Part shown: piece by piece, positions 43,904-52,200 of the stretch
Layout: each line of letters starts with the position of its first letter
Position numbering within the stretch: the stretch's first letter is position 1
IMG/VR virus record: IMGVR_UViG_3300037466_003849
Span: 8,122-72,121 of that record
Source: a virus
Lineage: Duplodnaviria > Caudoviricetes
Reading direction: 5' to 3' (one strand)
DNA: 64,000 nt
The notes under the pieces: model-generated
Told to the model about the DNA's origin: nothing
Databases searched by the model: none
The model's input: the letters and a program-made list of their open reading frames with translations, nothing else
Translations under genes and position numbers: made by a program

Positions 43904-45343
43904 ATGGCGAACTCCGCCACTCTGAAGGCCCGCGGCGAACAGTTGCGCGCGGACTTCAAGACCATCAACGAGGACACCGCCCTCACCAACGCCGAGCGCG
44001 CCGAGAAGCTGGAGAAGCTGACCAAGGCCGTCACCGACCACGAGCTCGAGCTGAAGAACTCCGAGACCGCGCGGGCGCTGTCGGCGAAGCTGGGCACCGG
44101 CGAGGCCGCTGCCGAGATGGGCGCCGAGCAGGAGAAGGGCGGCCCGCGGTTCAAGTCGCTGGCCGAGCGCATCATGTCGCACGCCGACTTCAAGGACGCG
44201 CTCGACGCCTGCAATCCCGACGCCAAGCGCGCGGTTTCGAAGGCTTTCGAGATCGACATGAAGGACGCGTCGGCCGGTGCCAACCAGATGGGTGAGTCCA
44301 TCTACGGCGCGGTCGGCCCGACTGCCCTCGGTCAGAATCCCTTCTTCCCGACTGGCGCCGCGGCGGCCGTCCTGCCGCCCACCTGGCTGCCGGGCATCGT
44401 GGAGCAGCGTTTCTACCCGCTGACCCTGGCGGACGTGATCCCCAGCTCGGCGATCAGCACCAACAACCTGAGCTACGTCGTCGAGACCGCGTTCACCAAC
44501 AACGCCGCGGAGACGGCGGAAGGTGGCCAGTACCCCTACAGCTCCGTGAAGCTGGACCGGGTCTACGAGCAGCTGGGCAAGATCACCAACGCCGAGAAGC
44601 TGACCGACGAGACCATCGCCGACAGCGCGATGTTCCACAACTTCGCGACCGGCCGCCTGGTGCTGGGTGTCCAGCGCAAGGAGGAAGTCGCGATGCTGGC
44701 GGGCCAGGGTGCTGGCCAGGGCAACATCAACGGCCTGCTCAACCGCAGCACCGGCTTCACCGTGGCCAGCGGCTTCACCCCGGTCACCGCGAGCAATGTC
44801 AAGTTCCCGCCCACCGGCACCCCCGGCGCGGGCACCTCCTCGGAGACCGTCGCGACCCTGACCTACGGCCGCAAGATCGTCGGCGCGGGCACCGGCGTGT
44901 ACCCGACCGCCTCGGCGCTGGCCGAGGGCCTGTTCATGGGCACCACCGACATCTGGCTGAATAGCTGGATCGCGCCGACGCACTACGTGCTGAACCCGCT
45001 GGACTGGCAGATCATCCGGCTTGCCAAGGACGCCAACGGCCAGTACTTCGGTGGCAGCTTCTTCGGCACCAACTACGGCCTGGGGCAGAGCTCCAGCGAA
45101 ATGCTGTGGGGCAAGCCGGTCATCGTCACCCCGGCGATGCCGCAGGGCTCCGCGCTGATCGCCTCGTTCTCCCGCGAGGTGCTGGAGGCGTTCCGGCGCC
45201 AGGGCATCTCGGTCGAGATGACCAACACCAACGGCAACGACTTCGACCACGGCCTGTGGACGGTCCGCGCCCAGGTGCGCTCCGGTCTGGCCGTCTACCG
45301 CCCGGCCGCTTTCCAGCTGGTCCAGGTCGTCGTCGGTCCGTGA
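43904..45343 (+). CDS. Major capsid protein (HK97 fold)
   Basis: N-terminal coiled-coil delta domain; AETAEGGQYP, LNPLDW, LWGKPV, VRAQVRSGLAVYRPAAF. Confidence 0.95.
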   Translation: MANSATLKARGEQLRADFKTINEDTALTNAERAEKLEKLTKAVTDHELELKNSETARALSAKLGTGEAAAEMGAEQEKGGPRFKSLAERIMSHADFKDALDACNPDAKRAVSKAFEIDMKDASAGANQMGESIYGAVGPTALGQNPFFPTGAAAAVLPPTWLPGIVEQRFYPLTLADVIPSSAISTNNLSYVVETAFTNNAAETAEGGQYPYSSVKLDRVYEQLGKITNAEKLTDETIADSAMFHNFATGRLVLGVQRKEEVAMLAGQGAGQGNINGLLNRSTGFTVASGFTPVTASNVKFPPTGTPGAGTSSETVATLTYGRKIVGAGTGVYPTASALAEGLFMGTTDIWLNSWIAPTHYVLNPLDWQIIRLAKDANGQYFGGSFFGTNYGLGQSSSEMLWGKPVIVTPAMPQGSALIASFSREVLEAFRRQGISVEMTNTNGNDFDHGLWTVRAQVRSGLAVYRPAAFQLVQVVVGP

Positions 45344-45350
45344 TGAAGCC

Positions 45351-45386
45351 GCCCCGGCGGTGCCTGCTTTGCGCCGCCGCCGGGGC
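45351..45386 (+). terminator. Hairpin after the capsid gene
   Basis: GCCCCGGCGG ... CCGCCGGGGC. Confidence 0.5.
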
Positions 45387-45409
45387 TGGCCTCCAGGAAG
45401 GAAATCCCC

Positions 45410-45607
45410 ATGGCCACAAGCTATGTCGACCCCTACCACCAGTCGCTCATTCCCGCGATGCGCCAGATCTTCGGTGAGCAGTCCACCCTCGGCAATGACG
45501 AGGCAGAGGCCGAGGACGAGAAGCCGAAGACCGCGCGGACGAAGGTCGTCAAGGCCCCGGCCGCCGCAGCGCCGGAGAAGACCCAGGAAGGTGTCGAGAC
45601 GAAGTGA
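45410..45607 (+). CDS. Small head-associated protein
   Basis: AGGAAGGA RBS. Confidence 0.65.
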   Translation: MATSYVDPYHQSLIPAMRQIFGEQSTLGNDEAEAEDEKPKTARTKVVKAPAAAAPEKTQEGVETK

Positions 45608-46149
45608 GTTCCCTGGTCACAGGGAGTCCCACGCTCGATCCGTTCGAATACGCCTCGCAGCTGGTCCGCGGGTATTGCGGGATCTCGTTCGACTTCGTCG
45701 AGAACGACACCAAGATCCTCGATCCGCGGGCCGACGGCACGGTCCAGCTCCCCGAGACGCCGGTCACCGCCGTTTCGTCCGTCGAAGGATGGATGCCCGG
45801 CCAGACCGGCGTCTGGGACTGGCAGCCGATCACCTGGTACCGATGGCTCGACCGCGGCCTGCTCTACAACACCGCCTACATCGAAAGCCATGAGCTGCCG
45901 ACGTGGGGGCCGGTGTGGCCGTGGGTACCTGGTGGGCTGAAGGTCGTCTACAGCCACGGATTCGCGGAGATTCCCGACGATATCGTGTCCGTCGTCACGC
46001 GCCTGGGCGCCCAGATCGCCGCCAACCCGCGCTGGGTGCAGTCGCGCAAGGTCGGCGAGGTCTCCACCGTCTTCTCCACCTCCGGCATCACGCTGCGAGA
46101 CGAGGACAAGGCGGTGCTGGATCGCTATGCGGCCCAGGAGGTCTCGTGA
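45604..46149 (+). CDS. Head-to-tail adaptor
   Basis: ASQLVRGYCG...VVYSHGFAEIPDDI...LDRY. Confidence 0.8.
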   Translation: MSSLVTGSPTLDPFEYASQLVRGYCGISFDFVENDTKILDPRADGTVQLPETPVTAVSSVEGWMPGQTGVWDWQPITWYRWLDRGLLYNTAYIESHELPTWGPVWPWVPGGLKVVYSHGFAEIPDDIVSVVTRLGAQIAANPRWVQSRKVGEVSTVFSTSGITLRDEDKAVLDRYAAQEVS

Positions 46150-46493
46150 GTGAGACCGACCTCGGCGGTCAGACGATCACCGTCCTCGTCCGCGCCGACA
46201 CCGGCACTAAGGATGTCCTCGGCGTGCCGGTGCTGAACACGACGCCGACCGACCAGCCCGGATGCAGCGTGCAACCGCGCTACACCTCCGAGCACGAGTC
46301 GAGCGTCGACTTCACCCGGTCGATGTGGATCGTTTTCGCCCCGCCGTCGGCGCTGATTATGGCGCTCAAGGCCACGGATGCCGTCGAGTACCTCGGCGAC
46401 ACCTTCGAGGTCTACGGCGACCCGATGCCGTGGCCGGACGAGACCGGCGTCATCGACTACGTCCGCTTCGAGCTCCGCAAGGCGAGGGGGTGA
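46146..46493 (+). CDS. Head-to-tail stopper
   Basis: GCSVQP...FEVYGDPMPW; synteny. Confidence 0.75.
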   Translation: MSETDLGGQTITVLVRADTGTKDVLGVPVLNTTPTDQPGCSVQPRYTSEHESSVDFTRSMWIVFAPPSALIMALKATDAVEYLGDTFEVYGDPMPWPDETGVIDYVRFELRKARG

Positions 46494-46496
46494 GTC

Positions 46497-46871
46497 GTGC
46501 CCGCCAGCTACAAGATCGACGCGAACGTCTTCGCCGACTATCTGAAGAACTCCTCGGAGATGCACGCCAAGCTCGCCGAGATCGGCGCCGAGGCAGTGGA
46601 GATCTGGCAGGACAAGGCGCCGGTGAACAAAACCGGAAAGCCGCACACGTTGCCGAGTGGATACGTCGACAATCCAGGCGATTATCGCGATTCCATCCGC
46701 TACAAGATCATGCGCAATCCGACGCGTATGAAGGTGCGGATCATGGCGACCGATTACAAGGCGCACTGGATCGAATACGGCACCAAAAAGATGGAGGCCA
46801 TGCACCCCATGGCCGACACGCGCGAGGAAATGATCAGCCGCGGATATCACCGTGAAGGCCGCGACGAGTGA
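46497..46871 (+). CDS. HK97 gp10-like neck/tail completion protein
   Basis: APV..G.YRDSI...AHWIEYGT. Confidence 0.75.
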   Translation: MPASYKIDANVFADYLKNSSEMHAKLAEIGAEAVEIWQDKAPVNKTGKPHTLPSGYVDNPGDYRDSIRYKIMRNPTRMKVRIMATDYKAHWIEYGTKKMEAMHPMADTREEMISRGYHREGRDE

Positions 46872-47254
46872 TTATCGACTCCGAAGTCTTCATGGTCGCC
46901 TATCTCTCGCCGCTGGGCAATGTGAGCGTGGAGCTCCCCAACGATCCTCCGCTGCCGTTCTACCAGCTCTGGCGTATCACCGGCTCCGACGACGGGGTCA
47001 CCGATTGCGGCACTGTGCAGGTCAATATTTTCGGCGACTCACGAAATTCCGCCCGGATCGCCGCGCGAGAAATGCACGCGCGAATGCTGGCGCTGAGTCC
47101 GAAAATTACCGTCGAGACCGATAAAGGTCCGGCGTGTATCGACCATCGCCGGACAATTCTTGCTCCGGCTTACCTGGATTACCAGGACGAAAATCTCTGG
47201 CGATATGTCGCTCGATACGAGCTGGCCTCTCGTCTCACCTCTCAATCTCTTTAG
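46868..47254 (+). CDS. Tail terminator
   Basis: LPFYQLWRITGSDDG...VQVNIF; synteny. Confidence 0.75.
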   Translation: MIIDSEVFMVAYLSPLGNVSVELPNDPPLPFYQLWRITGSDDGVTDCGTVQVNIFGDSRNSARIAAREMHARMLALSPKITVETDKGPACIDHRRTILAPAYLDYQDENLWRYVARYELASRLTSQSL

Positions 47255-47263
47255 GAGATTTCC

Positions 47264-48229
47264 ATGACCGGATATGTCCTCTGGGACAATTTCTTCGGCG
47301 GCCGGGCCAACCGAATCACCAAGGCCCTCTACGGCTCGCTGCTGGTTCGCGACCACGAGGACGAGGCCACCGCCGTCGCGGCCTACTCGCCCTTCGATCC
47401 CGAGACCGGCAACCTGAGCCCCACCCTGCTCACCACCGACGGCTGGCGCGATGTCGGCCTGCTCGGCGAGAACGGCGTCAGCTTCACGCCGAAGTACACC
47501 ACCGTCGACACCATGGTGTGGCAGAGCCGCCAGGCGCAGCGCACCGACGTCACCGTCGACCAGGAGGAGTGCGCGTTCCAGTGCGCGGAGTCCTCGGTGC
47601 TCGTGGACTACCTGAAGGAGAATCTGCCGCTGGCCGGAATGCCCGCCGACGGCACGATCGGCTACACCATCACCAAGTCCAAGGTGCCGCAGGTGGTTTA
47701 CCGCCAGGTGCTGGCGCTCGGCGTGGACGGCAGCTCGGGCAACAACGAGTACTTCGGCACCCTGTACGCCCGCGCGCTGATGATCAAGCCGGAGAAGCAG
47801 GACTGGAACGCCAAGACCGAGATCCTGACCCCGCTGACCTTCGATTCCTACCCGGACCCGTTCTCCGGCTTCGCCGTTCGGCGCTTCCGTGAAGGTCCCG
47901 CGTGGCGGGCGTCCGGCGGCACCACCTCGGCACCCGGAACTCCGGTGGCGACCGCGGTGGCGGGCGCGAAGGCGACCCTCCAGTTCACGCCGCCGACCAG
48001 CGAAAACGGCCCGTTCACCTACAACGTGCTGAAGACCACCGGCGGCGTGATCACCCCGGTCACCGCGAGCAACGTCGTCGTCTCCTCGTCCTCGAGCTCG
48101 AGCGTGACGCTGACCATCTCCGGCCTGACCGCCTCAGAGGCCGACACCTTCACCGTCCAGGCGACCGGCTCCAACGGCTCGCAGTCGGTCCCGTCGACCG
48201 CGTCCAACTCGATCACGGTCCTGGCCTGA
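47264..48229 (+). CDS. Major tail protein with C-terminal FN3/Ig-like domain
   Basis: Synteny; WRDVGLLGENGV; C-terminal PGTPVAT...FTPP...FTVQA...SVPSTASNSITV. Confidence 0.85.
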   Translation: MTGYVLWDNFFGGRANRITKALYGSLLVRDHEDEATAVAAYSPFDPETGNLSPTLLTTDGWRDVGLLGENGVSFTPKYTTVDTMVWQSRQAQRTDVTVDQEECAFQCAESSVLVDYLKENLPLAGMPADGTIGYTITKSKVPQVVYRQVLALGVDGSSGNNEYFGTLYARALMIKPEKQDWNAKTEILTPLTFDSYPDPFSGFAVRRFREGPAWRASGGTTSAPGTPVATAVAGAKATLQFTPPTSENGPFTYNVLKTTGGVITPVTASNVVVSSSSSSSVTLTISGLTASEADTFTVQATGSNGSQSVPSTASNSITVLA

Positions 48230-48233
48230 TCTA

Positions 48234-48277
48234 GACCCCGCCGCGCAGATCTCTCGGCTGGCTGCGCGGCGGGGGTC
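48234..48277 (+). terminator. Hairpin after the major tail gene
   Basis: GACCCCGCCGCGCAG ... CTGCGCGGCGGGGGTC. Confidence 0.6.
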
Positions 48278-48323
48278 ACCCCCTTTCACAGCCGAGATTC
48301 CTTACAGCCGAGGAGTTTTCGAA

Positions 48324-48773
48324 ATGGCAACCCGCAACGTCAAGCCGATGACCAACAAGCGCCTGTCGATCGCCGACTTCGAGGAGCAGGCGATGGCCGC
48401 CCTCGGTCAGCCTCCGGGCTACACCCTGATCCTCAGCGAGGACGAAAGCGTCCCCGACGTGCACATCCCGCACCCGTTGCTCGTCGCCGAGGATCGCCTC
48501 AAGGCGATTCAGGACGCGCAGTCCGGCGCCGACCTCGACACCGAGGAGATTGAGGACCCCGAGACCGGGCGCACCGTCACGGTCACCAAGTTCCCCCGCA
48601 CCATCGACGGCAAGCCCGCCGACCCCGAGGCCGTCCGGCTGGCCCGCGCGGTCCTCGGCCCGGCCGAGCACAAGCGCTTCCTCGCCCATGGCGGCAAGTC
48701 GACGCACGTGGCGCTGGCCTGGGAGGCCATGGCCGCGGAGGTGCAGTCGATGGCCCCAAAACGCGGGAAGTAA
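48324..48773 (+). CDS. Tail assembly chaperone (G)
   Basis: Lies between the major tail and tape measure genes; slippery heptamer near the 3' end. Confidence 0.85.
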   Translation: MATRNVKPMTNKRLSIADFEEQAMAALGQPPGYTLILSEDESVPDVHIPHPLLVAEDRLKAIQDAQSGADLDTEEIEDPETGRTVTVTKFPRTIDGKPADPEAVRLARAVLGPAEHKRFLAHGGKSTHVALAWEAMAAEVQSMAPKRGK

Positions 48774-49222
48774 TCGAGGTACTCAAGGCGCACCCGCTCG
48801 AAGTGCAGTCTGATCTGTCCCGCTACCACGGTGTTCGCATCCGCGACTGGTGGCGGGGCAAGGTCAGCTCCCAGGAGCTCTACGCCTTCATCGTGAACCT
48901 CCCCGAGGACAGCGCGACGAAAACCGCTGCCCGCGACGGAGACTGGCACGAGGACAAGTACCTCGCGGTCCGGCTCATCAACGAATTGCTCTGCTACCGC
49001 GCGGATTTCATCTCCGCGAACGGCGGCGAGTTCAAGCCGAACCTCATCCTGTCGCCCAAGCAGATCGAGGCCAAGCGCGCCGAGCGCCAGCAGTACCTCG
49101 ACCTGCGAACGCTGATGCTCGCGCAGATGCGCGGCGAATTCGTACCCCCGAAGCGATCTGTGCGCTTCGAAACCGAGGACCGCAAGGGCGACGGCATCCA
49201 AGGGCCACCGGCAACGAGATAG
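48755..49222 (+). CDS. Tail assembly chaperone -1 frameshift extension (G-T)
   Basis: C-CCA-AAA heptamer at 48755-48761; the -1 frame is open through to 49222. Confidence 0.75.
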   Translation, partial: PKTREVIEVLKAHPLEVQSDLSRYHGVRIRDWWRGKVSSQELYAFIVNLPEDSATKTAARDGDWHEDKYLAVRLINELLCYRADFISANGGEFKPNLILSPKQIEAKRAERQQYLDLRTLMLAQMRGEFVPPKRSVRFETEDRKGDGIQGPPATR

Positions 49223-49236
49223 CAAGGCGGTGAACC

Positions 49237-52200
49237 GTGTCCGGAAATGGCGTGTTTTTCGACGTAATCCCCAAGCTCGAGATGAAGATCTTCGAAGCGC
49301 AGATGGGATCGGCCACTCGACGGGCTGAAACTGCGGCCAACGAGATGGTCCGCGCCATTTCCGGGCATGACTACTTCGCCGCGCCGACGACGCAGCTCGA
49401 CCGCTACGTCGCCCGCATGGAAACCCAGATGCGCTCGGCCAACTCGATCATGGATCGGACCGAGGAGCGCCAGATCCAGGCGGCCGAGCGCGTCGAGGCG
49501 GCCGAGAAGCGCAAGAACGCCGCTATCAAGAACAGCGAGGAAGTCCTCGCCAAGACTCGCGACGAGAACTCTGCCCGCTACCTGCGCGCCCTGGCGACGC
49601 AGACCAGGGCAGAGAACGAGCTCGCCGCCGCGACGCGCGAGCACAGCGCCGCCTCCGCGGCTTTCGTGACGGCCCAGCGCGGCCACGAGGAGGCAACCCG
49701 TCGCCAGGAGGAGGCCACCGTCGCCGCGGCCGGTGCGATGGGACGCTTCGGCACCGCCGCCGCCAACACCACCATGGCCGTCGGCGTCGGCCTCGCCGGG
49801 GCGTTCGCCGTCGGCGCCAGCCGGGCCGCGGACCTGGAGAAGGGCCTGAACCTGCTCGTCACCGGCGCCGGTGAGAGCAGCAAGAACCTCGACGGCCTGC
49901 GCAAGGGTGTCCTCGATCTCCAGGCGCAGTGGGGCACCTCGGCCAACGAGCAGTCCAAGGCGTTGCTGCTGATCGAGCGCGCGGGATACCACGGCGCCGA
50001 TGCCCTCAAGGTCCTCACCGCGGGCGTCCAGGCCGCCAAGGCCGAAGGCTCCGACCTGTCCACGGTCGTCGACCAGCTGACGACCACGATGCACGACTTC
50101 GCCGGATCTCGGGTCGGCAACTTCGCCATCTCGCTCGACAACGTCAACGGTGTCATGTCGGTCGGCGTCGAGACCGCGCGCCTGTCGAAGACCACGCTGG
50201 AGGAGTACGCCCGCGCGATCGGCACCGTCGAGGAGACGGCCAAGAACGCGGGCATGAACATTTCTGGTCTCAACGCCGCCTTCGCGACGATGACCCAGCA
50301 CGGCATCTCGGCGCAGAACGCGAGCCAGATGCTCCAGCACGGCATCATGACGCTCCAGTCGCCGCAGGGGCCGCAGCAGGCGGTGCTGAATCAGTTCGGC
50401 ATTTCAACTCGCCAGGTCCAGCAATGGCTCGCCGACCCCGATGTGCAGCTCGGCGGCGCGATCGAAAATATCAACAAGGCGATCGAGAAGAAGACCGACA
50501 AGAAGACCGGAATCGTCCACATCGACCCGAATATGGTGTCGATCGACGCAAAGGCCGCCCTTGCCGCTCAAGTGCAGGCAATGGACCCGCTCCAGCGCGC
50601 CGTGGTGGAGAGATTCCAGGGCAAGGGCGAAGTCAACGGCGAGTCCTTCAACAAGGTCCTCAATAGCCTCCAGGAAGGCGAGCGCAAAAAGCTCATCACG
50701 TGGCGATCGACCTACGACAACCTCACCGGATTCAACAAAATGCTCGCCAAGGGGCAGAACCCGGATATGTCGGTCGAGCAGGTCATGAAAATGATCTACG
50801 GCGACCAGGTCACCACCAAAGACGCCATGAACCTGCTCGACGAGGACCCGCAGGTCGGCTACCGCCAGACCAAGGAGAAGCTCGACCTCGCCGCCAGGGG
50901 CATCGACCCGAACAAGCACGTCGAAGGCGCCGACCAGTCGCAGCAGTCTCTACGCGCGCAGCTGGCGGACCTCCGCGGCGCCCTGAACACCAACCTCACC
51001 GACCTCGGCGAGGCGACGCAGGGGCCGCTGACGAAGTTCGTCCACATGCTGGTCGACGCCGCCCAGCTGCTGCACGGCCACAGCGACGCGCTCCAGTGGG
51101 CCGGTCTCGGCACCATGGGCCTTGCCGCCGGGCTGGGCGTCATCAAGGGCGGCAACGCCCTCGGCAACCTGTTCGGCTACGAGAAGAACGCCTTCGGCCG
51201 CAAGGTCGGCCAGGGCATCGGCGCCACCGTCAGGGGCACCGGCCGCGGCATCGCCGCGACGACCCGCGGCATCGGCACCGGCACGAACGCCGCCATCGCC
51301 GCAGCGCGCAACGCGCGCAGCTCCGACACCGCCCTCTACCTCCAGGGCGCTGCTCTCAACGGCATGGACGCCGCCCGCAACGCTCGCGACGCTGCGCGCA
51401 CCCGGCGAGAGCACGCCGCATTCCTGGAGGAGGAGGAACGGCCCAGCCGGTTCGCCCGCGCTGGCCGTTGGGGAGCCCGCGCCGGTGTCGTCGCCGCGCC
51501 GCTGGCCCTCATGGCGTTGACCGCGGGCGCCGCGCACGCCGACGACGGCTCCGGCGGTGGTGGCGGCATGACCGACATGGCGATGATGGCCATGACCGCG
51601 CTACCCGCGCTGCCGATGCTCGGCGGTGCCGCGAAGGGTGTCGGCAAGGGCGCCTCGGCGCTCGGGGAAGGCGCCAAGGCGGGCCTGGAGGCCATCTCCA
51701 GCGCAGGCAAGGGCGCGATGACCACCCTGACCGGCGTTACGAAGTCAGTCACCGAGCTGCCGAAGCTGTTCAAGGGCGTGACATCGGCGGTGAAGGACTG
51801 GACCGCGGTCCAGTGGCTGCTCGACGCCGCGATGGACGCCAACCCGATCGGCATTGCCGTCGTCGCAATCGCCGCGCTGACCGCAGGCATCATCTACGCC
51901 TACAACCACAGCGAGAAATTCCGCGAAATCGTGAATGGCGCCCTTTCGGCGGTCGGAAACGCATTCAAGTCGACCTACGACGGATTCGTAAAGCCATTCT
52001 TCGACGATTTTAAGCGGATTTTCTCCGATGTGTGGGATTTCGCGAAGAATACCTTCGGATTCTGGAAGGATTTGCTGACCGGCGATTTCTCCGGCGCCTG
52101 GGACCACGCGAAGACGCTGGTCGGCGACGCAGTCGACGGAGTGAAGGCTTCCCTCGGAGTTCTCGGAACGGCGATCCACGATGTCTATTCGGTCACCCTC

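Noticed and set aside
41414-45439. 1341-aa antisense ORF (also 8416..10782, 39179..40933 and others)
   Set aside because: Shadow ORFs opposite real genes, caused by high GC3 codon bias.
48755-48761. Tail chaperone frameshift as a novelty
   Set aside because: This is a standard, well-known siphovirus feature.
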